From assembly GCA_963666055.2 (NCBI GenBank), contig CAXWPH010000015.1:896001-960000 (forward strand): a DNA stretch of 64,000 nt. Direction: 5' to 3'. The stretch comes from Acidobacteriota bacterium. Lineage in GTDB: Bacteria > Acidobacteriota > UBA890 > WLXD01. The position numbers were made by a program, and so were the translations under genes. Positions 26,936 through 37,784 of this stretch are shown piece by piece. Position 1 is the stretch's first letter; each line of letters begins with the position of its first letter. The notes beneath the pieces are model-generated. The model ran no database searches. It had not been told where the DNA came from and saw only the letters and a list, made by a program, of their open reading frames with translations.

Positions 26936-28204
26936 TCAGGTCGAGAGGCCGAACACTTCGCGTGCTGCAAGCAGCGCGTTGATCAGCACATCGACCTCGC
27001 TCCTGTCGTTGTATACGTAGAACGAGGCGCGGGCACTGGCCATCACCCCCAGCCGTCGCATGAGCGGCTTGGCGCAGTGATGCCCGGCGCGAATCGCCAC
27101 GCCGTGCTGATCGAGGACGGTACCGAGGTCGTGCGGGTGAATCTGGTTGTCGTTGAAGGTCACCAGACCACAGCGATCGTTGGGGTCCTTGGGCCCGAAG
27201 ATCGTCAGCCACGGCAGCTCCTGCAGCCGCTCGAGCAGGTATTCGTTGATGCTCACCTCATGGTGGCGGATGTTCTGCATGCCGAGCGTCTCGAGGTAAT
27301 CGATGCTGGCGTCCAGCCCCACGGCGTCGGCTACCGACGGCGTGCCCGCTTCGAATTTGTGCGGCGCTGCTGCCCAGGTGCTGCGCTCGAGTGTTACGTC
27401 GCGAATCATCTCGCCGCCGCCAAGGAAGGGGTCCATCTCCTCCATCAGGTCGCGGTCGACCAACAGCACGCCGATGCCGAGCGGGCCGAGCGCCTTGTGC
27501 GGCGAGTAGGCGTAGAAATCACAGTCCAGCGCGCTGAAGTCTACCGGCCCGTGCGGCACGCCTTGGGCGCCGTCGACGAGCACCTTGGCGCCAACCGACC
27601 GTGCGGCACAGGCGATGGTCGGGATCGGGTTGATGGTACCGAGCACGTTGGATACGTGGCTGATAGCCACCAACCGGGTGTGCTCGTTGAGCACCTCATC
27701 GAGCTGGTCGATGCGCAGGTGCCCCTCATCGTCGATGTCGAGGAAGCGCAGCTTGCAGCCGATCTCCTGAGAGAGGATCTGCCAGGGGACGAGGTTGCTG
27801 TGGTGCTCGGTGACGCTGAGCATGATCTCGTCACCGGTGCGCAGGTGACGGCGCGCCCAGGAGTGCGCTACGAGGTTGATCGACTCCGTCGTGTTGCGGG
27901 TGAAGATGACGCTGTCCGGCGTCTCGACATTCAGAAAGCTCGCGACCCTGGCTCGGGCGCCCTCGTAGGCATCGGTAGCTTCCTCCGACAGGGCGTGCAC
28001 GCCGCGGTGCACGTTGGCGTTACTCGTCCGGTAGAAGCTGGCAATGGCCTCGATCACCGCCTCTGGCCGTTGCGTGGTTGCCGAGTTGTCGAGGTAGACG
28101 AGGGGCTTGCCGTGCACCTCCCGACTCAGAATGGGGAAGTCGGCGCGTACCCGCGCGACGTCGATCGCCTGCGGCTCGGTGGCTTGCGCTGTTGACGTGG
28201 ACAC
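26936..28204 (-). CDS. sufS: Cysteine desulfurase SufS
   Basis: LVYLDNSAT, SPHK, FEAGT and RAGHHCA. Confidence 0.95.
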   Translation of the reverse strand: MSTSTAQATEPQAIDVARVRADFPILSREVHGKPLVYLDNSATTQRPEAVIEAIASFYRTSNANVHRGVHALSEEATDAYEGARARVASFLNVETPDSVIFTRNTTESINLVAHSWARRHLRTGDEIMLSVTEHHSNLVPWQILSQEIGCKLRFLDIDDEGHLRIDQLDEVLNEHTRLVAISHVSNVLGTINPIPTIACAARSVGAKVLVDGAQGVPHGPVDFSALDCDFYAYSPHKALGPLGIGVLLVDRDLMEEMDPFLGGGEMIRDVTLERSTWAAAPHKFEAGTPSVADAVGLDASIDYLETLGMQNIRHHEVSINEYLLERLQELPWLTIFGPKDPNDRCGLVTFNDNQIHPHDLGTVLDQHGVAIRAGHHCAKPLMRRLGVMASARASFYVYNDRSEVDVLINALLAAREVFGLST

Positions 28205-28216
28205 CTTCGCCCTCGC

Positions 28217-28579
28217 CTACCAGTCGTCGCCGGAATCGGCTGCGGCGCGGGCCGCTTCAGGTACGCTGACCTGTACCTTGCCGTCCTGCTCCTGCACTGG
28301 GAAAGTGTCGATGGGCACGAGCGCGGGCATCAACAGCACCTCGCCGGTGCGGATGTCGAACTGCGCGCCGTGGCGCGGGCACTGGATGGCGTGTCCCTGA
28401 AGCTGTCCCTCACCCAGCGGCCCGTCGTCGTGGGTGCACAGGTCTTGGACCGCGAACAGCTCGCCCTCGACGCGTGCCACGGCGATACGGACCCCACCCA
28501 CCGTGAAGGTGCGCGCCTCGCCGTCGGGAATCGCATCCGACGCTGCCACCTCGACCCAGGTCTGTGTCGTCGTGCTCAT
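28217..28579 (-). CDS. Rieske-type [2Fe-2S] ferredoxin
   Basis: CTH..CPRH, with ATGA overlap with sufD. Confidence 0.9.
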   Translation of the reverse strand: MSTTTQTWVEVAASDAIPDGEARTFTVGGVRIAVARVEGELFAVQDLCTHDDGPLGEGQLQGHAIQCPRHGAQFDIRTGEVLLMPALVPIDTFPVQEQDGKVQVSVPEAARAAADSGDDW

Positions 28580-29889
28580 CGGCGGGTTCTGCCGGCGAGC
28601 TTGGCGTCGATGTAGCCCCACAACAGGTCGCGGATCTCGTCGTCCGCGATGCGGTCCATGGCGGGTCCGAAGAACCCCTCCACGATCAGTCGCTCGGCCT
28701 CGGATTCTCGCAGCCCGCGCGTGCGCAAGTAGTAGATCTGCTCTTCGTCGATCGGGCCCACGGTGGCGCCATGGGTACAGCGCACCTCCTCGTTGAGGAT
28801 CTCGAGCTCGGGGATCGACTCGGCGCGACAGGTCGGGTCGAGCATCAGGTTGCGGTTCTCCTGATAGGCCTCGCAGTTGGGCGCCGACCGGTCGATACGG
28901 ATGAGCCCGGTGTAGACCGAGCGTGCCTGGTCCTCGAGCACTACCTTGAAGTCCATGTCGGAGAAGCTGTTGCCGGCCTCGTGGACGTGTTCTGTGTGGT
29001 TGTCGAAGTGCTGACGATTGCCACCGAAGATCACGCCGATCATCTCGGCCTGGGCGTTGCCACCCTGTTGAACATTGCCCAGGTCCGCCTTGTTGTACTG
29101 GCCACCGAGCCCGATGTTGACTGTCGTTACCGAGGCATCGCGTTGTAACAGGAACCGCTGTCGCGCATGGCTCCGGGTTCGATCCCCCCAGCGCTGGACG
29201 TTGAAGTAGGAGAGCCGCGAGTTGGGCAGCAGCGCTCCCTCGACTACCGAGTTTGCCAGCACGCGTGGGTCCTCACCGTCGTTGCTGTATTCGTCGAACA
29301 GGGTCACCTCGGCGCCTTCGTCGACCACTATCAGCAGCCGCGCGAACAGGCCAGCCAGATCGGCGCGGGTACGCTGGAACAGGTGGATGGGCTTGTCCAC
29401 TTTCACGTTGCGAGGTACGTAGAGAAACAGGCCGCCCGCAAAGAGGGCGGCGTTGAGCGCCTCGAACTTGCCCGAGTCGGCGCCGGCGGCGGTGCCGAGG
29501 TGGGCGCGTACCAGGTCTTCGTGTTGGCGCGCCGCGGTCCCCAGGTCCATGAGCACGACGCCGGCGTCGCGGCACGTAGGATCGACCCAGCAAGACTGCA
29601 GCACTGCGTCTTCAACCACCGCCACCGCGGCCGGATCGCCGGGCAGGTCGTCCGGGGCGGCCCCCTCCGGAGCCGTGCCGTTGGGAACCAGCGGGGTGAT
29701 GCGGTCAGGGAGGAACTTCTCGGGCTTCGAGTAACGCCATAGGTGGGCAACGCGATCGGGCAGGGGAGCGGCGGAGTAGATATCCCAGGCGGCGTGACGC
29801 CACTGCGCCAGCCACTCGGGCTCACCGGCTGCCTGCACGATCGCACGCACGTGGTCGGAGCTCACGGAGGATTGAGCGGTCGCTTGCAT
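28576..29889 (-). CDS. sufD: Fe-S assembly protein SufD
   Basis: PELEI..V.CTHGATVG..YYLRTRG. Confidence 0.92.
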   Translation of the reverse strand: MQATAQSSVSSDHVRAIVQAAGEPEWLAQWRHAAWDIYSAAPLPDRVAHLWRYSKPEKFLPDRITPLVPNGTAPEGAAPDDLPGDPAAVAVVEDAVLQSCWVDPTCRDAGVVLMDLGTAARQHEDLVRAHLGTAAGADSGKFEALNAALFAGGLFLYVPRNVKVDKPIHLFQRTRADLAGLFARLLIVVDEGAEVTLFDEYSNDGEDPRVLANSVVEGALLPNSRLSYFNVQRWGDRTRSHARQRFLLQRDASVTTVNIGLGGQYNKADLGNVQQGGNAQAEMIGVIFGGNRQHFDNHTEHVHEAGNSFSDMDFKVVLEDQARSVYTGLIRIDRSAPNCEAYQENRNLMLDPTCRAESIPELEILNEEVRCTHGATVGPIDEEQIYYLRTRGLRESEAERLIVEGFFGPAMDRIADDEIRDLLWGYIDAKLAGRTRR

Positions 29890-29928
29890 CGAAATGTCGT
29901 CCTTAGGGTCGTCTGGGCGCCTCGGCGG

Positions 29929-31341
29929 CTAGCCGACCGAACCTTCCATCTCGAGCTGGATGAGCCGGTTGAGCTCGACGGCGTACTCCATCGGCAGCTC
30001 CTTGACGAACGGCTCGATGAATCCGTTGACCACCATCACCAGCGCTTCCTCCTCGGTGAGCCCACGGCTCATCAGATAGAAGAGCTGCTCGTCGCCGACC
30101 TTCGAGACGCGCGCCTCGTGCTCGACTTGTACCTGCTCCTCGGCGACTTCCATCGTCGGATAGGTATCGGAGCGTGACCCGGTGCCCATGAGGAGCGCAT
30201 CGCACTCCACGTGCACCTTCGAGCCCACCGCGCCGGGGTAGACCTTCACCATGCCGCGGTATGAAGACCGCCCACCGTCCTTGGAGATCGACTTCGAGGT
30301 GATGCGCGAGGTCGTGCGCGGCGCGGCGTGATAGATCTTGGCGCCGGCGTCCTGATGCTGGCCCTCGTTGGAGAACGCCACCGAGAGGATCTCGCCGTGA
30401 GCGCCCTCGCCCACCAGGTTTACGCACGGGAACTTCATCGTGAGCTTGGAGCCGAGGTTGCCGTCGACCCACTCCACGGTGGCGTTCTCGTGCGCGACGG
30501 CGCGCTTGGTCACCAGGTTGTAGACGTTCTTCGACCAGTTCTGAATGGTCGTGTAGCGTAGGTGCGCGCCCGGTAGCGCCACCAGCTCGACCACCGCCGA
30601 GTGCAACGCGTCGCTTACGTACGTCGGCGCCGTGCACCCTTCGATGTAGTGCACGCGCGAGCCCTCGTCGGCGATGATCAACGTGCGTTCGAACTGGCCC
30701 ATGTTCTCGGTGTTGATGCGGAAGTAGGCCTGCAGTGGCATCGTCACCTCGACACCCGGGGGCACGTAGACGAACGAGCCGCCCGACCACACCGCCGAGT
30801 TGAGTGCCGCGAACTTGTTGTCCTCCGGCGGGATCAGCTTGGCGAAGTACTTCTTGACCAGTTCCTCGTGCTCGCGCAGGCCCGTGTCCATGTCGGTGAA
30901 GATCACACCCTGCTCTTCGATCTCCTTCTGCAGCGAGTGGTACACGACTTCGGATTCGTACTGCGCCGACACGCCGGCGAGGAACTTGCGCTCCGCCTGG
31001 GGGATGCCGAGCTTTTCAAAGGTGTTCTTGATGTATTCCGGAACGTCGTCCCAGCTCGTGCCCTGTTGCTCGGTCGGCTTCAGGTAGTAGTAGATCTCGT
31101 CGAAGTCGATCGAGTTCAGCAACTCCTGGTTGCCCCACCGCGGCATCGGCTTGGACTCGAAGATGTCAAACGAGCGCAGCCGGAAGTCGGTCATCCACTT
31201 GGGCTCTTTTTTCATCGCCGAGATGTCGCGCACGACGTCGACGCTGAGGCCACGCTCGGCCTTGTATACCGAGACCTCGGGATCGTGGAAGCCGTACTTG
31301 TATTCGTCGTTGATGTTCAGGTCGTTGGGTTGTGTCGACAT
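29929..31341 (-). CDS. sufB: Fe-S assembly protein SufB
   Basis: [22 protein letters not shown] and LPMEYAVE. Confidence 0.97.
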   Translation of the reverse strand: MSTQPNDLNINDEYKYGFHDPEVSVYKAERGLSVDVVRDISAMKKEPKWMTDFRLRSFDIFESKPMPRWGNQELLNSIDFDEIYYYLKPTEQQGTSWDDVPEYIKNTFEKLGIPQAERKFLAGVSAQYESEVVYHSLQKEIEEQGVIFTDMDTGLREHEELVKKYFAKLIPPEDNKFAALNSAVWSGGSFVYVPPGVEVTMPLQAYFRINTENMGQFERTLIIADEGSRVHYIEGCTAPTYVSDALHSAVVELVALPGAHLRYTTIQNWSKNVYNLVTKRAVAHENATVEWVDGNLGSKLTMKFPCVNLVGEGAHGEILSVAFSNEGQHQDAGAKIYHAAPRTTSRITSKSISKDGGRSSYRGMVKVYPGAVGSKVHVECDALLMGTGSRSDTYPTMEVAEEQVQVEHEARVSKVGDEQLFYLMSRGLTEEEALVMVVNGFIEPFVKELPMEYAVELNRLIQLEMEGSVG

Positions 31342-31344
31342 GGT

Positions 31345-32112
<768 letters not shown>

Positions 32113-32157
32113 CAGCGTGGTGCTCCTGTAATCGTTTCTTGCCTACAAGTCAGCAAG

Positions 32158-32688
32158 TCAGCTGGATTCGGTTAGCTGCACCTTGTGGAGGGTCGGGGCA
32201 GCTGGGAACTTTGTTTTGCTCGCAAGGTTCGGAATGGCTTCAACCATGGGTTGGAGCTCGCGACACATCTCGTGCTCGGAGCGCAGCAGATCTGCCAGCG
32301 TGATGCGCTCGAGCAGCTGGTGGACATGCTCTGACAGCGTTGACCAGACCGGGCGCAGCGCGCACGAGGTCTCGTGCACACAGACCTCCCCGGCGCCGCT
32401 GTGGCGCTCGCAATATTCCGCGTCGAAGAGTTCGTTAGATAGCGCCAGGACGATCTCGCCGAGGTTGATGTCGTCGGCCGTGCGGGTCAGCAGGAAGCCG
32501 CCGTTGCGGCCGCGAACGCTGTCCACGAGTCCGTGCTGGCGCAACATGTTCAGCAGCTTGCCAGTGTACTCGGGACTCAGGCCCTCGTTCACCGCAACCT
32601 GCCTCACTGACATCGGTTGCCCGGGGTCGTTCAGCGCCAGCTGCAACATACAGCGCAGACCGTACTCCTCGAGCGCGGTGATCTTCAC
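32158..32688 (-). CDS. Rrf2-family (IscR-like) regulator
   Basis: EYGLR, SVRGRNGGF and three C-terminal Cys. Heads the suf operon. Confidence 0.9.
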   Translation of the reverse strand: MKITALEEYGLRCMLQLALNDPGQPMSVRQVAVNEGLSPEYTGKLLNMLRQHGLVDSVRGRNGGFLLTRTADDINLGEIVLALSNELFDAEYCERHSGAGEVCVHETSCALRPVWSTLSEHVHQLLERITLADLLRSEHEMCRELQPMVEAIPNLASKTKFPAAPTLHKVQLTESS

Positions 32689-32792
32689 GGAGAGACTCCG
32701 AAGTGGGAAAGGCGAGCCGGGAAACAGCGCGGCTACGCACGCTCTTGGAATGAAACTAGCGAGAAACTCGCTGCGTCAGGGCCCAGAATACA

Positions 32793-32818
32793 AAAACCTG
32801 ACTTTTTTGTCAACTTTT
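32793..32818. promoter_or_regulatory. Candidate Rrf2/IscR-type operator
   Basis: Imperfect palindrome AAAACCTGACTTTTTTGTCAACTTTT about 105 bp upstream of rrf2. Confidence 0.6.
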
Positions 32819-32888
32819 CTGGGGCCTGATCAAGAGGAGAGGACGAAAGGTCCCTTCCGCCTGTCGAGCGCCGCTACGAAGGCTCGAG

Positions 32889-33422
32889 TCAGTACTTCTT
32901 CGACCACGGGAACTTGGCATGTTCACGCGACTCCGGCACATAGTGCTGGAGCGACTTCACGTAGCCGAACTCCTTGGGAAATGCGAGCTCGTATTCGTCG
33001 GGGTTGATGCCGTCGTCGAGGAACACCTTCCTGGCGTCGCGGGCGGCCTTCGTCATGAATATCCCACCGGGAATGGTCTCGGCAGGGTAGGCGCGCGTGC
33101 ACCGCAGGTTGGCGTTCAGAACGCCTGCCGGCTCCAGATAGAAAAGGAATTCCGAGTCGTCGAACTCGCCCGTCAGCACTGACTCTTCGAACGCTTCCTG
33201 CCCGATGACGATGCCCTTGCAGGTGGCCGGGTCGGGAGGGGGTGGCGGCGGCGGGACGTCCTCGACCTTAGCCTCGGGGACAGAATCCTTGGCCGGCTTG
33301 GTCGAGGTAGTGTCTTCAGCAACGTCCGCCGCTTCGGCCTTGGCGGCCGACACGGGCTCGGCCGATACGGCCTCGGGAGTCCCTTCTTCCGGCGGGGTGG
33401 CCGCGTCGTCAGCGGCTGTCAT
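32889..33422 (-). CDS. Hypothetical protein (acidic low-complexity N-terminus, poly-Pro linker, globular C-terminus)
   Basis: GGAGG RBS before ATG 33422, with coding-like codon usage. Confidence 0.7.
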   Translation of the reverse strand: MTAADDAATPPEEGTPEAVSAEPVSAAKAEAADVAEDTTSTKPAKDSVPEAKVEDVPPPPPPPDPATCKGIVIGQEAFEESVLTGEFDDSEFLFYLEPAGVLNANLRCTRAYPAETIPGGIFMTKAARDARKVFLDDGINPDEYELAFPKEFGYVKSLQHYVPESREHAKFPWSKKY

Positions 33423-33611
33423 CGTGACCTCCTGTCGATCCGGCTTCATGGAGCGCCGGGTAGGATATCAGGTACGGTAGTTGCCGGTCGAAACGCCAAG
33501 TCGTGCCTCGCACCGGCGCCGGTCGGTTATTGACAGGTTGATACCGCCGAAAGAAGATTCCCCCGCCGGCGCACGCTGCCCGGAACTGCCCGGAATCAAT
33601 GGAGAAGGCCG

Positions 33612-34343
33612 CTGAGGATCCACGCGGGAGCAACGTCGCTAGTAGGTACCGTCCGCCGCCACAATGAGGACGCCTGCCGGGCCGAAGAGGATCTCGGCCT
33701 TTTCGTGGTCGCGGACGGTCTCGGCGGCCACCGGGCTGGCGAGCACGCCAGCAACATGGCCGTGGAGGTGCTCATGCACACGCTGCAGACGGCTCGCGAC
33801 AACGGCGACTCACCTGACCTCGATCTGGTTCTGGACGCCTTCGATAGGGCCAACCACGGCATACTGAACGAGGCTCGTAGCTCGCCCGAGCGCGAAGGGA
33901 TGGGGACCACCCTTACGGCGATCGTGGTCCACGGCGACCAGCTGCTGCTTGGTCACGTAGGCGATAGTCGTGCCTGGCGCATTCGCGACGGGGTGATCGA
34001 ACAGCTCACCCAGGATCACACCGTCGTGGGGCAGCAGGTGCGCGACGGTGTGCTCACCGAAGCCGACGCCGAGACCCACCCCATGCGGCACGTGCTCAGT
34101 CGGTGCCTGGGGATTCACGAAGAAGTCGAAGTCGATCTTGCGGAGGGCGCCGTCACGCCGGGGGATATCTACGTGCTTGCTTCGGACGGCCTCATTCCCT
34201 CGACGCCCCCCGACGAGATCGTACGCATCGTGAAGGAGAACAGCGAAGCGAAGATCGCGGCGGAGGTAATGGCAAACCGCGCTTGCGAGCGTGACGGTCG
34301 AGACAACATCACCGTCGTCGTGGTGGTATGCGCGGACAACTGA
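33612..34343 (+). CDS. PP2C-type Ser/Thr phosphatase (Stp1-like), probable CTG start
   Basis: RRHNEDA lies upstream of the track start. Also [23 protein letters not shown] and DNIT. Confidence 0.9.
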   Translation: MRIHAGATSLVGTVRRHNEDACRAEEDLGLFVVADGLGGHRAGEHASNMAVEVLMHTLQTARDNGDSPDLDLVLDAFDRANHGILNEARSSPEREGMGTTLTAIVVHGDQLLLGHVGDSRAWRIRDGVIEQLTQDHTVVGQQVRDGVLTEADAETHPMRHVLSRCLGIHEEVEVDLAEGAVTPGDIYVLASDGLIPSTPPDEIVRIVKENSEAKIAAEVMANRACERDGRDNITVVVVVCADN

Positions 34344-35644
34344 CTCGCAGCGCGGCGCTAGCGTTGGCTCTTTGCGGCACCGTAGGGCAGATTGCCGATG
34401 CCTCGGCGCAACAAACGGAAACCGCCGAGGCCGCTGAGGCCGCTGAGGCCCTCTTCGCCGAGGCCGAGGGTTTCTTGCGGCGGGGACGGTTGCGTGAGGC
34501 GCGTGTGGGCTATGAGCGCATCGTCGCCGAGTTCGGTGCTATGGCCGCGCCGGCCGCATCGTGGCGCGCCGCTGCCCGGGTTCGCCTCGGCGACTTACGT
34601 TGGCGTTCGGGTGCGTTCGCGTTGGCCGGCGGCGAGTATGTGCGGGTGCTCGAGCAAGAGCCGCCGTCTGCCTGGACGTCACGAGCTCGCCTCGGATTGG
34701 CCAGTGTTGCGCTCCTCGATCGTGATTGGGTTTCGGCCGCTGACATGTTGCAGCGGGTAGTCACCGCTACCGACGCCGGCTGGCCGGAGGGCGATGCCGG
34801 AGCGGCGACCGATGCGCGGCAGCGCCTGGGCTTGATCCAACGGTTCCGGGTACGCCCCCGCAGTGGCACGCCGTACTGGACTGCGGCCAGCGTGTTGATT
34901 ACGCCTGGTCATGAGCTGCGGCGCCCCATCGCGCTGGCGGCCAGCAGTGACGGTCAGCTGCTGGTCGTCGACGAGGGCATAGCGGCCGTGCTGTTGATCC
35001 ACTCCGACGCGTCGCGTGTCAGCCGGCTTCCGCATGACGACCATCGCCGACCATGGTGGGGATTCGATGGGCTGCCATACCTACCAACGCGCAAGGCGGG
35101 TGTCATCGCGCTCGGTGGATCGCAGCTCCGATTCGTCGCCAGCGAGGCCGGCCGACGAGTGCCGTTGGAGGATCTGCAGGGTGGGGCGCGGACACCCGAG
35201 GGGTATTGGTACCTGCTGGACTCGGATCCGCGGCGCGTGCTGCGATTTACCCCGGAAGGGGAGTTCGAGCGACAGATCACGGGCCGCGACGAGGAGCCTG
35301 TCGACCTCGTTGTTGACGGGCGTGGCCGGTTGCTGGTGCTCGAACGCCGCTCGGATCGCGTCATTCGCTTCGATGCCGACGGCCGCCGAGAACTAGTTGT
35401 CGTTGAGGGAAATTGGCGACGTCCGGAGGCCATCGAGGTCGATGGCCTGGACAATATCTACGTGCTTGATCGGGACGCGAAGCTCATCGACGTATTCGAC
35501 GCTGACGGCAAACCATTCAGCCGCCTGGGTCCCGACTTCCCTAGTGCCGTGCAGATGCGAAGCCCGCGGGATCTCGCCGTTGACGGCACTGGGCGTGTTT
35601 ACGTCGCCGATCGCAGCGCCTCCATCGTTTACGTGATCCGGTGA
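34328..35644 (+). CDS. Secreted TPR + NHL-repeat protein
   Basis: Signal peptide, helical repeats and NHL blades (PRDLAVDGTGRVYVAD). Confidence 0.75.
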   Translation: MRGQLTRSAALALALCGTVGQIADASAQQTETAEAAEAAEALFAEAEGFLRRGRLREARVGYERIVAEFGAMAAPAASWRAAARVRLGDLRWRSGAFALAGGEYVRVLEQEPPSAWTSRARLGLASVALLDRDWVSAADMLQRVVTATDAGWPEGDAGAATDARQRLGLIQRFRVRPRSGTPYWTAASVLITPGHELRRPIALAASSDGQLLVVDEGIAAVLLIHSDASRVSRLPHDDHRRPWWGFDGLPYLPTRKAGVIALGGSQLRFVASEAGRRVPLEDLQGGARTPEGYWYLLDSDPRRVLRFTPEGEFERQITGRDEEPVDLVVDGRGRLLVLERRSDRVIRFDADGRRELVVVEGNWRRPEAIEVDGLDNIYVLDRDAKLIDVFDADGKPFSRLGPDFPSAVQMRSPRDLAVDGTGRVYVADRSASIVYVIR

Positions 35645-37767
35645 GCCGTCTCGAGGCGCTGGTCGCCAATGCCCGGCGCAGGGTACTTGTCGCGGCCGTA
35701 TTGTCGTTGGCGCTGGCCGCCATTGATCCACCGTTGGCGGCAGCACAGGGCTCGGTCGAGCAACTGGGGATTCTCTACGCCCGTGCCGAGACGATGATCC
35801 GTGCCGCTGACCACGAAGGTGCGATCGTGCTCCTGGATCGGATGATCGGGCGATTCGACGCCCCTGGCGGAGCATCCTCGGAGGCTCTGCGGCTGCTACT
35901 GCGCCGCGGTCTGATGTCAAGAGCACGAGCACTCTGGGAGGTCGGCCGTCGGGGTGAGGTCGATGATGATCTCGACCAGGTGATCGAGCTGGCTCCTTCC
36001 TACGAGATAAACGCCGGGTCGGTGTCCGCCGACTTCGCGTCCCGGTTTCGGCGACGTCGCGAACGCAAGGTCGGATTCCTACGCATCGGGCGCTCCCCGG
36101 CCGACTTGCGAGTCTTTCTCGATGGTCGCGAGCTCGGTGACGTTCCCGACATCTTGCCGGTGCTTGCCGGCGACCATGTCGTCGTGGGCCGACGTGCCGG
36201 ATACGCGAGTCGGCGCGAAGAGGTCAGCGTCCGCAACAACCGTACGGAGGGCGTCGGGTTATCGCTGGAGCGATCGAGTGCCACGCTGCGCTTGGCGACC
36301 GATCCGCCAGGCGCAGTCTTGACCCTCAATGGTGAAGTGATGGGCACCACGCGGCCTTCGACAAGCAACCCAGCGACCACCGTGTCGTTGCCGTTGACTG
36401 TCGACGCGTTGCTCCCGGGCTGGTACGAGATCGAAGTCACGTTGGCCGAGCACCGGACATTCCGGCAGCGGTTGGAGGTGCCGGACCTGAGCGACTACGA
36501 CCTTGGCGTTCTGCATCTCGACGCGGCCTTGGGAATGCTGCTGTTGCGCGGCCTGCCTCCGGCGGCCAACTTGTATGTCGACGGTGAGCTTGTCGAACCA
36601 AAGCGGCAGGATGGCGTTAGCGATCAGGCGCGCGTGGAGCTGCCGGTCGGAGATCACCGCGTGATGGTGTCGATGCCGGGTGCAGGCGTGTTCGAAATGC
36701 CGTTCCGGCTCGAGGACGGCACTACGCGCAGCTTGGAGGTGCGCCTGTTGCCGGGGATCGCCGTGCTCGGTGCTCGAGGCGGTGACGAGCTAGATCGCGA
36801 CGAGATACTAGGTGACCTCGTCAGCGAGCTCAGCAGCGCCAGCGGCTGGTACCAGATGGATCGCCGCCACCGCATCGCCGATCTCGAGTTCCAGGACGAC
36901 GGAACGCTGGCCGCCGCTGTTCGGCGTCGGTTGGAGGAAGAGATCCCGGCGAGCGTGTTTGTCACCGTCGAACTGGAGTCGACGCCGGCCACGGAGGTGG
37001 TGCTGCGCCTGTGGGCCGCCGGATCAGGCCTGTCGCATGGCGTCGTCCGGTTGCCTCGCGGCGATCGTGCTGCGCTCACAGCATGGGTCGACGAGCTCAA
37101 CGCGCCGCTGACTGGTGACCGCGCTTGGCTGGGAGCTTTGATTATCGACGGCGGGCTCGAGGGCAATGCGATCGTAGCGTCGCTGACGCCTAATGGGCCT
37201 GCCGCCAACGCTGGCCTGAGCGTCGGCGATCACGTTCTGACCATCGATGGACGCCCGATAGCCGGCGCCGCCGACGTAGAAGAGGTGCTGATAGATTCGG
37301 CGCCATTTACGAGGCTTGCTATCGGCTACGAACGTGGCAACTCGCCGGGTTTGACGAGCGTGACGCTGGGCTCTAGCCCAACGCTTCTGACGGACGTAAA
37401 GCCGGCGCGGGCAGTGGCGCTGTGGGCAGCGGCCACAGCGGCTCTAGAAGCCGCCGACTCGGTGACGCCGCGCTGGGTGCTGCAGTTACAGCTGGCGCAC
37501 TTGCTGCTGGAACAAGAGCGCTTCGCAGCCGCGGTGGATGTGCTACGTCAGGTGCGTGCGCCCTCCGGCGTCCCCTTCGGCGCCGGCGCGGTGGATTATT
37601 GGCTCGGGGTGGCCCTGTTGGCGGGCAAGGGCGACGACGTGCAGACGGCTCGCCAGGCTCTGACTCGGGCGGCGGCCGACTCCGAGGCGAGACTCATTCA
37701 CAATGACGGGCCTCGGCTCGCACCCCGGGCACGGGTGCGGTTGGCCGAGCTCGGAACGCAGGACTGA
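35641..37767 (+). CDS. Secreted TPR/PEGA/PDZ multidomain protein
   Basis: TDPPGAVLTLNG (PEGA) and GPAANAGLSVGDHVLTIDG (PDZ). Confidence 0.75.
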   Translation: MSRLEALVANARRRVLVAAVLSLALAAIDPPLAAAQGSVEQLGILYARAETMIRAADHEGAIVLLDRMIGRFDAPGGASSEALRLLLRRGLMSRARALWEVGRRGEVDDDLDQVIELAPSYEINAGSVSADFASRFRRRRERKVGFLRIGRSPADLRVFLDGRELGDVPDILPVLAGDHVVVGRRAGYASRREEVSVRNNRTEGVGLSLERSSATLRLATDPPGAVLTLNGEVMGTTRPSTSNPATTVSLPLTVDALLPGWYEIEVTLAEHRTFRQRLEVPDLSDYDLGVLHLDAALGMLLLRGLPPAANLYVDGELVEPKRQDGVSDQARVELPVGDHRVMVSMPGAGVFEMPFRLEDGTTRSLEVRLLPGIAVLGARGGDELDRDEILGDLVSELSSASGWYQMDRRHRIADLEFQDDGTLAAAVRRRLEEEIPASVFVTVELESTPATEVVLRLWAAGSGLSHGVVRLPRGDRAALTAWVDELNAPLTGDRAWLGALIIDGGLEGNAIVASLTPNGPAANAGLSVGDHVLTIDGRPIAGAADVEEVLIDSAPFTRLAIGYERGNSPGLTSVTLGSSPTLLTDVKPARAVALWAAATAALEAADSVTPRWVLQLQLAHLLLEQERFAAAVDVLRQVRAPSGVPFGAGAVDYWLGVALLAGKGDDVQTARQALTRAAADSEARLIHNDGPRLAPRARVRLAELGTQD

Positions 37768-37784
37768 GGCGCCCGACCAAGAAC

